A stretch of 64,000 nt of DNA, taken from Caecitellus pseudoparvulus. Its lineage: Eukaryota; Protista; Bigyra: Bicosoecida. This document shows positions 11,870-23,860 of the stretch, piece after piece. The stretch's first letter is position 1. Each line of letters begins with the position of its first letter. The stretch is from contig CBFFRQ010000062.1 of assembly GCA_965644315.1 (NCBI GenBank), forward strand, positions 124,001-188,000, in the 5' to 3' direction. The position numbers and the translations under genes are program-made. The notes under the pieces are model-generated. The model saw only the letters and a list, made by a program, of their open reading frames with translations, ran no database searches and was not told the origin of the DNA.

Positions 11870-12575
11870 TCACGCTCGCTCTGCCGCGGGGGGGGCCGCC
11901 TCGGCCAGCACTGCCCCCAGCTCGCCGTCGTTGTGCATGGTGGTGAGGATGTCGCAGCCGCCGACGAACTCCCCGTTCACGTACAGCTGGGGGATGGTGG
12001 GCCAGTCACTGCGCGCCGAAGAAGTGAGCGGAATGACGGGCCAGCTAAGCGGGGGCAAGGTGAGGTGCACGCAGCTCACCTGAAGTCCTTGACGCCTTGG
12101 CGGATCTCAGGGTGCTCCAGCACGTTCACGCTGCTGAAGTTGACGCCTGTGGCGGAGGCATGCGTGGAGTGTAGTGGCAGCGGCGTGGCGAAGCCGCCTG
12201 CATGCGCCACGCACCGTGCTGGTGCAGAATGCGCACAACTTGCTGGGAGAAGCCGCACTGGGGCTGCTGGGGGGTGCCTTTCATGAAGAGGAAAATGGGG
12301 TGGTCCTCCACCAGCTGCAGGGCGGGCGGGGGCGAGCACCTGCGCAACACGTCATCGGCCAATTACCGCATGGCTCGTCTCACCTTCTTGATGGTGCCCT
12401 GCACGGCTTCATCGTCGCCCAGCTCCACCTTCACCTTGGGCTTGAAGTCGTCATGTGTGTCCTCCGACATCCACCGCGCAGGCACTGCGACAGCCTCGGC
12501 GGTGGCCCGGGTGGCGGGCAGGGCAGCGGCAGCTGCTACTGCCCTTGCGACGCGGCGTGTGGCAACGCGCAGCAT
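11870..12575 (-). CDS. GLRX5: Mitochondrial monothiol glutaredoxin (Grx5)
   Basis: Arg/Ala-rich presequence, [14 protein letters not shown] active site, [20 protein letters not shown]; three GT-AG introns. Confidence 0.95.
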
Positions 12576-12758
12576 GGTGCTTGGCGGGCATGCAAGGGTG
12601 CAGGGAGAAGTCGGTGACATGCAAAATTCACAAAGTCAGTAGTGTGGCACTTTTGTCACGCCTGACCTTGCTGCACTGTCAATGCAGTGCTGTGCAGGCA
12701 GGTAGCCCGGCTCAGGCTCCCGCTGCGTGTGTGTAGCTGTTCTGCCACCTCGCCCAGC

Positions 12759-15700
12759 ATGGCGGACGAAGGGACGCAGGCGCACAAGGGGCACCACAAG
12801 GCCAAAAGTGGCGCCAAGGCTGCCAAGCGGAAGGAGTTCTTGACGCGCAAGGCGGCTCAGGAGGACAAGGCAGCCAGCAAGGGCACGTCCAAGAACCACA
12901 AGGTGCGTGGTGCGCGTTTCAGCAGCGTTTCAAGTGGCAAGCCAGCACACACTCCTGCCCTTGACATGCCCCCCTGTGCAGGCCTTCGGAGTGGCTAAAT
13001 GGGGTCGAGCACACCGCACCATCCAGCGGAATCTGGACCGAGGGCACCGTAAGGACCACGCGGAGGTGAAGAACAGGACAGGGGACGTGAATCCCCCTCC
13101 CGTCACGGTGGTCATCATGGGCCCGCCAGGCGTGGGCAAGACCACCCTCATCAAGGCGCTGGTGAAGCGCTTCACGAAGCACACGCTGACTGACGTGAAG
13201 GGCCCCATCACAGTGGTGTCGGGGAAGAGCCGCCGCATCACTTTCTTCGAGTGCGGCAACGACCTGAATACGATGCTGGACTTGGCCAAGATCGCAGACC
13301 TGGCTGTGATGATGATCGACGCCTCGTACGGCTTCGAAATGGAGACGTTTGAGTTCCTGTCCATGCTGCAGACGCACGGCTTCCCCAAGGTGATGGGGGT
13401 GCTGACGCACCTGGACAAGTTCCGCTCCCGCAAGACCCTGGCTGCGACGAAGAAACGCCTCAAACACCGCTTCTGGAATGAGATTTTCCAGGGCGCCAAG
13501 CTGTTCTACCTGTCTGGTCTCATCAACGGCAGCTTCCCCAAGCGGGAGGTGCACAACTTGAGCCTGTACCTGTCGCGCATGAAGCTGCGGCCGCTGGTGT
13601 GGCGTAATACGCACCCGTACGTGCTGGTGGACCGCATGGAGGACATGACGCCCCCCGCCGCCGTGGAGGCCAACGCCAAGGTGGACCGCCAAGTGGCCCT
13701 GTACGGCTTCGTGCGGGGCACGCACTTCAAGCCGGGGCAGGCGGTGTGTGTGCCGGGCGCAGGGGACTTCCACATGGCCAGCATGGTGCCGCTGGAGGAC
13801 CCGGCGCCGCTGCCGGAGACGGACCCCGAGAAGCGCAAGAAGCGCCGGAGCCTGAAGGCCAAGGAGACGCTGCTGTACGCGCCCATGTCCAACGTCGGCG
13901 GGGTCCTGTACGACGCCGACGCCGTGTACATCAACGTGCCCAACGTGCACTTCTCGAAACCCGAGACGCTCATGTACCACGCCGACGGGGAGGACATGAC
14001 GGCGGAGGAGGCCGCCAAGGCCGCCGGCATCTCCCTTGGCCGGGCGCTGCCCTCCAGCTCCTCCCGAGCCACAGAGGGCGTGGCCATGGTGCAGGGTCTG
14101 CAGGAGGTGGGGGCAGGGGTGGATGACCGTCTGGGGGCGGCATCGCTCTCCCTCTTCAAGCACTCCGCGCCCATGACGGATGCTCAGGCGGCGGCGACCC
14201 TGCCGGGCCTGGACTCCGACTCCGAGTCGGGCAGTGACTCGGAGTCAGGAGGTGCCGCGCATCAGGTTGAGCCGGACGCGGACTCCTGGGACGCAGCGGG
14301 CACGACATGGGGCAGTGACGTGGACGGCTCCTCTGGCTCTGGCTCAGACAGTGAGAGCAGTGTGGAGGGGGGTGTGGAGGGGGGTGTGGAGGGGGGTGTG
14401 GAGGGGGGTGCTGAGTGGGCCGACGCGCGCCGGCCACGCCGACCCCCTGTCCCGCCCAAGGACGCCGCTGCTGTGGAGGCTGCTGTGGCTGCCGACACCA
14501 CAGACGAATCAGACACCACTTCTGCGGGTGAGGACTCCGCCGCCGAGGGCGAGGGCGAGGAGGAGGTGGGGGGTGACAGCGCCGTGGAGAGCGCTAGTGA
14601 AAGCGGCAGTGATAGTGGCAGTGACAGTGACTCTGCGTCATCCAGTGGCAGTGAGGGCGAGAGTGATGTGGAGGGCAGTGACAGTGAGGGCGACGTGGAT
14701 CTGAGCGGCGACAGCAGCAGCAGCAGCAGCGGCGGCGGCGGCGGCGGCGGGGTGGAGGTGGTTCAGGCGGTGACTCGGCACGCCCAGCCCAGCGAGGGCG
14801 TGGCCGCCGCCGGAGGTAGCAAACTGTGGGAGCAGGCGTCAGCAGCCTGGACCGCCCGGCGCCGGCAGCGCGTGAACATGACGGAGTTGGTGTACGGCGT
14901 GGCCAGCCTGGGGCTAGGCGCCTCCATGGCGACCAGCACGGGGGCAGGTCGCAAGCGACCCGACCCCGCCATGGCCGGTCTCGCCCCCGCCGCTGCAGGC
15001 GGCGAGGACAGCGACGACGATCTGTTCGTGTTGAAGCGGCAGGCTCCGACTGTGGCAGCTGTGGGCGCTGCAGGGAGTGGCGGCGGCGGCGGCGGCGGGG
15101 CAAGCGGCGCCACCGCCCAGCCCAGTGGCGTGGGTTCGGCCTTCTCTGCCTTTGTCATGTACGGGGGGCTGGGCCTGACGGCGTCCCATGCCGACGACGG
15201 CAGCGGCGCGGTGGGTGGCGGCGGCATGGCGCAGTGGGGCAGTGCGTACGAGCGCCTGAACGCGGTGGACTCATCCGTGGCGCGGCCGTGGAAGGGCGCC
15301 CTGCGGGATTGGGGGGATGCCGACACCCGGGAGGCCATTCGGAACAAGTTCGTGACGGGGGACTGGGGCGCCGGCGGCGCGGCAGAGGGGGAGGAGGAGG
15401 GGGAGGAGGATGCCGTGTACGGTGACTTCGAGGACTTGGAGGGGGGGGGCAGTGACGGCGGCATGTCGGATGGCGAGGCGGGGGATGCAGAGGTGGCGCG
15501 CCTGCTGGGAGGCAAGGCTGCGCAGAAGGCTGCCTTTGACAAGGCGTACGACAGCGGCGCGCTGAAGAAGGGGGCGCGGGGGGGGGCTGCCGGGGGTGAC
15601 GAAGAGGGGGGTGATGGCAGTGGCAGTGGCAGCGGCAGCGGCAGCGAGGAGGACGAGGAGGAGGAGGAGGATGACGGCCCAGACAGCGCCAAGGCCCGGG

Positions 15701-17154
15701 CAGAGGCGGCGGCGGCCCAGGCGGCGCGCAACGAGGAGGAGTTCAAGCGGGAGGGGGAACAGAGCCGCCTGGCGCTGCAGGGGTTCATGCCGGGCTACTA
15801 CGTGCGCATCGAGCTGCACAACGTGCCGTGTGAGTTCGTGACTTCCTTCCGGACCACACGGCCATGCTTGGTGGGCGGCTTGCTGCCCCAGGAAGAGGGC
15901 TTGGCCATGACTCGTGTGCGCATCAAGCGGCACAGGTGGGCGCCGCGGATTTTGAAGAGCTCCGACCCGCTCGTCATTTCCCTGGGCTGGCGCCGCTTCC
16001 AGACGCTGCCGACGTACTTCATGCAGGACCACAACGAGCGCATGCGGCACTTGAAGTACACGCCAGAGTTTCTGCATTGCCAGGCCGCCATGTGGGCGCC
16101 CGTGACGCCGCCCAACACCGGCTTCATGGCGTTTCAGAACTTGTCTGACGCAGCAGCGCAGTTCCGCGTCGCGGCGCTGGGAGTGACTCTGGAGATGGAC
16201 AGCGCGTTCAAAATCGTGAAGAAGCTGAAGCTGGTGGGCACGCCGCACAAGATTTACAAGAACTCCGCCCTCATTCGGGACATGTTCAACTCAGACTTGG
16301 AGGTGGCCAAGTTCGAAGGCTCCAGCATCCGCACTGTCAGCGGCATTCGGGGTGAAATCAAACGCGCTGTACGGGAAGGCCCCGAGGGCACCTTCCGAGC
16401 CGCCTTTGAGGACAAAATTCTGTCTTCTGACATTGTCTTCGTGCGCACCTGGGCGCCCATCGAGCCCAAGCGCTTCTACAACCCCGTGTACTCCCTGCTG
16501 GCCGCCCCGCCTTCCCGGCGCGAGGCAGTGCAGGAGGCCTCTGCTGCCGCAGACTCCTCGGAAGCCGCTCTGGCAGAAGCTGTCCTGTCAGGCACCACTG
16601 CGCCCTCCACTGCCGTCGGCGGCGGGGCCAAGCCCGCAGGCCGTGCTGGTGGTGTGGCAGGTGCTTCCAGTGGGTATGACGCCAGCACCACTGGCCTGGT
16701 GCTCATGCGCCCCACGCGAGCCATCCGCAAGGAAAAGGCGCTGCCTGTGCCCTCCCGCAAGGATTCGGAGTACCGGGACATCCAGCGCACCGAGCGCGCC
16801 TTCAACGCGCTCTTCGTGCCGGCCAAGCTGCAGGCGGCACTGCCCTACGCCTCCAAGCCCAAGCAGCAGCGCAAACGTGGCAAGGGCTCCAACTACCTCA
16901 CCAAGCGCGCCGTGGTCATGGACCGTGAGGAGCGCAAGGCCCACACCATGGTGCAGCAGATTCAAACGGTGGCCAAGATCAACACCAAGAAGGAGAAGGC
17001 AGCGGCAGCCAAGCGCCGCGAGGCGTACCTGAAGAAGCAGGCTGCCACGGAGGCCAAGTTCTCAGAGGCCACACGCCTGCAGCGCAAGCGGCGGTACAAG
17101 GCGGAGGGCATCGCAGCCGCAGTGAGCAAGGCCAAGGCAGCCCGCACACAGTGA
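12759..17154 (+). CDS. BMS1: Ribosome biogenesis GTPase BMS1
   Basis: GPPGVGKTT P-loop, GFEMETFEFL, HGFPKVMGVLTHLD, acidic middle region, KRHRWAPRILKSSDPL, IRTVSGIRGEIK; intron 12903-12981. Confidence 0.97.
14361..14409 (+). repeat. Coding 12-bp minisatellite (GTGGAGGGGGGT x4 = VEGG x4) in the BMS1 acidic linker
   Basis: Four tandem copies are directly visible. Confidence 0.85.
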
Positions 17155-17295
17155 ACTGGGCATCGACAGCTCCAATGCAAAACCCACAAACACGCGCAAC
17201 AACATACCAGGAGGTGCACGTCTCCTGCGAACAGGTGGTTTGCATGCTGGTATCTGTGCCCTGTCCCAGCGCCCCCGCAGGAGTGCCGCGGCATC

Positions 17296-17987
17296 ATGCC
17301 GTCATCAGATTCCGCAGGCAGCCCGGAAAGCGGCCCGTCTGTGGGCACCATCATCAAGAAAGGGCTGGAGGGCAGCAAGGCAGAGTATGCATACAGCCTG
17401 GAAACCCTGTACACGTCTCCCTGCTTTAGAAACTCCTTGTTGTGGGGCATTGGGCTGGGGATCGGCGTGGGTTTGCATAGGTTTAAGGAAACGCGTGCGT
17501 AACGCGGTGAAGTGGTCTGCTGCAGCACAACGAAGCCTTCACCTTGCGCCACCGTGCAACCCTTTTCAGAAGCCATTTGGAAGTCTTGTGACTGGGCAGT
17601 GGGCTCGTTCTGCCTGGTGTCTGCTGGGGGCTGGTGAGTGCTGGCGGCAGTGTTTGACAGGCAGCAGCATGGCTGACGTGGCAAGTGGCCCTTCACCGCA
17701 GGCTCTCATGCCGATACCAGGAGCTGAGCACGTGGAACACCATGCAGGACTGGTACAGGGAGCGGCAGTCAGCCGGCATGGAAGCAGCTGCCGAGCAAGT
17801 GCGCCTGGCAGCCGTGGACCGCCTGCCGTTGCCGAGCGACGCAGCAGGCGACTTTGATGCCGCCCCCGCCAGCAGTGCCGCGGCAGACGAGGAAGGCAGC
17901 ACGGTGGAAGTAGGCAGTGCGCTTGCGAAGGGTGCGCCTGGGGTCATTGAGCCTGAGGCGCTGCGGTCTGGTGCGTTGCCCAGGTAG
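17296..17987 (+). CDS. COX20: Cytochrome c oxidase assembly factor COX20
   Basis: PCFRNSLLWGIGLGIGVGLHRF, then after an intron IWKSCDWAVGSFCLVSAGG and after a second intron LSCRY. This is the two-TM COX20 pattern. Confidence 0.85.
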
Positions 17988-18356
17988 CATGCTTGGCGTG
18001 GCACACAGCCTGCTGCCTCGGAAGGGTCGCCACTCGCAGTGGCGCCGCGAGTGGCTTCATCAGCTCTGATGAGCACAGAGACCCCCTGCATGGGTGTGTA
18101 GGTGTGGCGCTGATGGGGGCTTCGGTTGGGGCTGCGCTTCATTCGCCGCGATGCGACGCACTCGGCGCGCTGATGCAAATTCACAGCAGCTGCATGCAGC
18201 GCAAACATGCACAACAGTGAAAACCTTCCGATGACTGCAAAGTGCTGGCTGGTTAAGGAGCGCTGCGGGCGCCAAGTGCAGGCCGGAGCCGGCCTTGAGC
18301 ACTCAGCCGAGCGCCAAAGGCGAGGGTGAGGCGCCAGGTTGACCCCCCGAGCAGCC

Positions 18357-20865
18357 ATGGCCACGGGCTCAGGCATGCTGGACGACAAGCCATTGCTTGT
18401 TAGTATTCCACATGCGGAGCGGCAAGAGAGCTACGTTGCCTACAAGGTGGTTGTGCGCCGAGGTACGTGCCAACCCGGACAAAAAGTGAAACGCCAAGCT
18501 GAAACGCTGTTGATCCTTCCGCGCACCTCAGGGGCCTTGGCTTGGTTCATGATGCGGCGGTACAGCGAGTTTGCTGATTTTCACGCCTCCCTCCAGGCAG
18601 TCTTGCCGTCAGCCTCTTTGCCCGACTTGCCACCGAAGCAAGTGAGTTGCCTGGCGCAGCTTGGCCCCTGGCCGTTCACTGCGCCTCACACAGCGCCGCA
18701 CTGCGCCCGCCCAGATGATGCTGGTCACGTCGAAGTTCAGCGAGGCGTTTGTGGAAAGCCGTCGCGAGGGTCTGGAGGCGTACCTGCGCGGCGTGCTGCG
18801 TTTGGTGACTCCCGAGCAGTTGGACCTCGTGGACGAGTTCCTGCACTTTTCGGAGCACACGCTGGCGTCGGCGCTCGCCGGCCTGCAGCACCTGCAGCAC
18901 CTGCAGCCCATCCGGCACATCGTCAAGGCGCTGCAGGCCGGTACAGAAGGCTCCACCCTGCCCACTGCCGATCCCCACGGCGCCATGCACAGCGGGTTCG
19001 ACCTGGACGCCAGCTTCGCGGCAGCCAAGCAGGGCGCAGCGGAGGCGGAGGCGGAGGCTCTGGACGCCAGCGTGGCAGGGGGCGGCGGCGGCGGCGGCGG
19101 AGGGGGGGACGCCAACGCCTCCACTGCCTCCCACACCTCCTCCTTCTGGCGCAGTGAGAGCTTGGACGTCAGCGGCGTGCTCACAGGCGCCGTGCAGGCA
19201 CTGGCCGCCCACATGCACACCCTGGAGAGCGGCAACGAGGACCTGGCTTCGCAGTTCACGACGTACGACGCAGTGCAGCGCGACCTGCAGAGCCGCCTGG
19301 CGCGCACCAAGGAGCAGTTTCAAACAGACCTGCGCAACATGCAGGGCAAGGTACAGCAGCTGAGCGAGCAGTGCGCTGTGGAGCGGGAGGAGCTGCGCAA
19401 GACCAACGCTCAAATCGCGCTGCTTAACCGAGAGGCCATGTTGGTCAAGTCAGACACTGCGCGACTCAAACTCGCGCACAAGGCCTCCGCCGCGGCCTTC
19501 AAGCGCCTGCGCAAGGAGCTGGGGGAACTGCAGGGCGCCAGTGACTCCTGGGTCAGAGGAGCAACGCAGCAGGGTGACTCGCCACCCCCCGTTCCCCACG
19601 AGCTGCGTCGCGCAGCAGAGGACCCCGGCACGGCGCAGCGTCTGCGGCAGCGTGGCGTGGGGTGCAGCCTGCCCGTGGTGGAGGGGGGTGACGTCAGCGG
19701 ACAGGCGGCGCTGGACTCCGTCCTGCAGTGCGTGGAGGAGGGCTGGGCGGGCGTGGTGCGGGAGGCGATGGCCGTGGCGCCTCTGCAGGGGGACCCCGTC
19801 ACCCTGCGTGACGCCCTGGCCCTGGAGCATGCCACCAGTGCCCAGGCGCCGGCCCCCTCCACCGCCGCCGGGGGGGGGGGTGCAGATGCGGCCAGTGTTG
19901 GCTCGGACATGTCGGATGGCGCCATTGACCGCATGTTGCAGACGGGCGGTGACAGCGCCCCGCCCCAGCCCCTGCTCCTGCCCGACGGCAGCCCAGCCAC
20001 CAAGCTGCGCCCCCTGTCTGAGGCGCAGGCTAACCAGATGCAAGCTCGCCTGCTGGAGGTGCAGCGCGCCCTGCAAACTGCCCACACGGTGGCGCTGTCT
20101 GGCAAGCACGCTGAGGCAGTGGCGCTGAGTGGAGGCTTGCTGCAGGACGCCGCCACTGTGCTAGCCCTCTGCGGCGCCATCGCAGCTGGGCCACCCGTGG
20201 AGCAGCAACTGGCGCCGGGAGGCACCTCCCCCCTCCCAGGCACGCCCCTCACGCAGAGTCTGGATCGTCTGTGTGCGTCACCTGCCCTGGCGCAGCAGCT
20301 GGAGCTCATGCGCCACGAGGAGGGGGGTGAAGGGGGGGTGTCCCCCGGACCCCCCCCCTCGCCTCTCCCCACCACACCTCGCACAACAAGTGATGTGCCG
20401 GCGCCACCTGGGGCGGGCAGCGGGGCGCCCTACCAGCCCCCTCGCGCCACAGACGACACCGTCCTGCACACCCTGGCCACAAGGGCCGTGAACCCCCCGC
20501 CTGCCCCCGGCAACCCCTTCGGGCCAGGGCCACATAAGGACTCCCTGGACAGCGACGCCTCTCGCAGCGTGTTCAGCGGCAGCCTGAGCACGGGGCCAGG
20601 GGAGGGCGGGAACCCGTTTGCAGCAGGCAGTGGGTACACCGTGGGCGGGGCGGGGCCCCCCGTCCACGTGGGCCGGGCGGCCTCCACGCACAGCCACGGT
20701 GGCAGCTCCCTGGACAGCTCTGTGGCGCTGGGAGACGAGAGCTTCGAGGCCATGGCTGCCGCGGCGCTGGAGGCGCCCGCTGAGCAGGGGCAGGGCAGGG
20801 TCCCCCGTCGGACAGGCACGAACCCCTTTGCGCCAGGCCAGCGCTTTGGCAAGCGCGCCATTTGA
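18357..20865 (+). CDS. PX-domain (sorting nexin-like) protein with coiled coil and three C-terminal NPF motifs
   Basis: YVAYKVVV...W.MMRRYSEFADFH...LPDLPPK...FVESRREGLEAYLR (PX domain, two introns), a heptad-rich middle and GNPF/GNPF/TNPF near the C-terminus. Confidence 0.85.
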
Positions 20866-21021
20866 TGGCTGGGCACTGATGGGGCGAGCAATTCAAAACA
20901 GTTTCCCAGGCATTGTATGTTTGCGATGTTGCTCTGACATTTGTGAGCGCTTGGCGGCTTCACTGGCGTGCGTGTGTGAAGCGTGCCAGCTGCTGGAAGG
21001 CTGTGAGCCTCTATCACCAGC

Positions 21022-22263
21022 ATGGCGCTGGCACACGTTGCGAGAAGCGCACGGCAACTAAGCTATGGAATGTCATGCTTGGCTCCTCATCGTGCTTTCA
21101 CGCGTTCCACTCTCGTGGCGCTGTGGGACGTGCGGAGTGTATCGGAGTTTCACGCGAAACTCCCCCTGCCTGCCGCTCACGTGCCAGCCTTACACCGCGC
21201 CCTCTCGACTCGATCGCGGGGCAAGGGGTCCAGCGGGCCCTCTGTTGTCAAGAACGACGCCATCACCGCACCTTCCCTTCGCGTGGTGGCCGCGGATGGG
21301 ACGCAGCTGGGCGTCATGGACCTGGCTGCTGCAAAGCGTGTAGCAACCGAGGCCAAGCAGGACCTGATCTTGGTGGCTCCCGGCGCCAAGCCTCCTGTAG
21401 CCAAGCTGGACTCTGCTGCTCGTCAAGCTCAGGCGGCCAAGAAGAAGGAGGCGGCGGCGCGGAAGCAGGCTCGGGCGAACAAGATGAAGGAGGTGCGGCT
21501 GACAGGTGAGGGTCCGCAGCGCCGCGCGCAGGTTCATTTGAGCGCCACCGCTCACCACGCCCCACCCCCACGCCACAGCTCGAACCGAGGCCCACGACTT
21601 GTCCACCAAGGCCCGCCAGCTGCTGAAGTTCCTGCAGCAAGGCCGGCCAGTGAGGGGTGCGTTGTGCCTCGCCCGCGTGCCTTCATCGCTAGAACACGCT
21701 GGCATCACCGCCCCTGCCTCGCCACTGCGCAGTGACTGTGGCGTTCCAGCCAGGGTCATCCTATGGCGCGCAGGAGGAGCCTCGTCGCGCTGCCATGCGC
21801 AGTATTGTGCAGGAAGTGGGCACTGTGGGGTGGGCCGACCCCGCCTCGCTCAAAGTGCAGGTGCGTGGCCTTTGCGCTAGCTGCAGGCCCAGCCAGCGAG
21901 CCGAACACCGTGCTTTCGCTGTCATCGCAGGGTGTGTTCTTGGTTCTGGACTTCAAGCCCGTGGTGAAGTCGGCTGAGGAGCACGAGGCAGTGTTGGCGC
22001 TCCTGGCCAGGCCGCTGAAGAACCAAGCCCAAGTTTCCGCAGTGCCCAGCACGCCCAAGAAGAAGGCGCCACCTGCAGCGCCCACCGTAGTGACTGACGA
22101 CGGCAAAGTAGACGAAAGCATGGCACAGTACATGGCGAAGAAGGCGCGGGGCCGAACACGGCCAGAGGAGCCGACGCCCCGTGCGACCCGCCGTGGCGCG
22201 AAAGGCGCCCTGTCCGACGACGACCTGGACAGGGTCGGGACGCCATTCAAGGAGAAAAAGTAA
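21022..22263 (+). CDS. infC: Mitochondrial translation initiation factor IF-3
   Basis: Presequence, then KNDAITAPSLRVVAADGTQLGVM...DLILVAPGAKPPVAKL and KMKEVRL...HDLSTKARQLLKFL; several introns in the 3' half. Confidence 0.88.
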
Positions 22264-22278
22264 GTGCACAGGGGTGAA

Positions 22279-23732
22279 TTAGAGCAGGCTCGCAGTGTGG
22301 GGGCAGGTGGGGTTGCACAGCACGCCGCAGTCGTCCAGAATGACCTGCGGCCGCGCACCCTGTGCCCTCGTCACTGCAGCCCACCAGGCAGCAGCCACGG
22401 TGTAGTACGAATGCACTTGCCCACCCCGAGTGATCTGTGGCGACCAGGCGTGGAAGCCAGTGTGGATGAAGCAGGCAGGGGCGAAGATGCCTGTGAGGGG
22501 CGCTGCCTGCGCCAGGCGCGTCAAGCCAGCTGTCATGTTCCGCTGCCACTGCGCCATGTACTGCAGCTGCGGCTGCTGCCAGACACTCATTTTGGGGAGG
22601 CTGTCATGGTACAGCAGTACGACTTGGTCGGTCAGCGCCTCTGCCACCATCATGGGGCGGGGCATGTACGCGTATGAGGTGTTGGCCACCATGCACGCGG
22701 CGCTGTCGTCGCCCAGCGCTTTCTCGCACTCCGTGTCCATGGCAGCGCCCCAGAGCTTCACATGGCCCGGCCATGCCTCTGCGCTGAAGTCTGCCAAGTA
22801 CGAACGCGTCGCGCCCGGTCCAGTGTACGGGTACACGTCGAAGTAGAAGCCCTGCGCAGCTTTGAAGTGTCGGGCATTCAGCGCAAACTCAAGGTGGTTC
22901 AGCGCAAGCCAGCACGCACCGCAATGGGAGCTCCTCCAATGATGGCGCTGGGCGGCGCAACTGTCGTGAGGTACCTTAGATTCAGCCACACACCCATCCC
23001 TCCCGCGGAGTCCCCTGACAGGACGATTTCTGTGCTTGAGTTGAAGTTGTACCGGCGTGCCAGATCATCCAGCACTGCTGCAAAGACATGCCGCCCCGCG
23101 AAGCGATACCCCCACCGCTCAGGTGCAGGGGTAGACATCGTCCCAGAGTGCAAGTCCTGCGTGCAGTCTGAGGTGCAGTGGGGCGGGTCAGCGGGGTCAG
23201 GGGTGGATGGAGCTGTGCTGCTGCGTTGCACCTACACTCCACCTGGACGTGGTTCCACGACCAGAAAGCGGGGTTCGCAGTGGCGTTGACGTAGTTGTAG
23301 AAACCCAAGCCCTGTTCTTCCGCCCAGTACTTGCTGCTGAACAGGGGCGTGCCGATGCGCTCGTCGCAGAGTTGCTTTGTTGTGCACTCCCCTGTGCAAT
23401 GGGAGCCAGGCAACGTTCGGCGAGGAAGAAGTGCCGGATCGCGCAGGGCGACGCACCACCACCTTGCAGGTGAACAATCCATTTTGTTGCGTCGCTCGCG
23501 TTCAGTGCTGGTTGGAAGTAGTAGCCGCTGCGAGGGGGGATGTCGCAGCGGGTATCGCAACGCGAGTGAAACGCCGAGGTCACCTTGCGCACCTCTGGGA
23601 GCCATCCATGCACACTGCATCTGGGTACAGGTCGGCATCAAGCAAGTGCAGCTTCGCTTGAATGGCCCGAGTCCAGGGGAAGGCCTGGGACAGCAGCCCT
23701 GCGATGAGCAGGGCTGGAATGCCTGTGCGCAT
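22279..23732 (-). CDS. Secreted pectin acetylesterase/Notum-family esterase
   Basis: Signal peptide MRTGIPALLIAGLL, AVCMDGS|GYYF...KWIVHLQGGG, NPAFWSWNHV, nucleophile GDSAGG, C-terminal ACFIH and CNPTC; multiple introns. Confidence 0.88.
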
Positions 23733-23860
23733 GTTGTGGAGCGCTCTGGTGCAACAGGGGGCGCAGCGCGTTTCTGGACATGTGCGTGGAAGGGGCCACG
23801 CGAGGACGGCGAGGATAGTATGGGCTGGGCGCGTTTTGTCATGTGATGATGCATTTGTCC

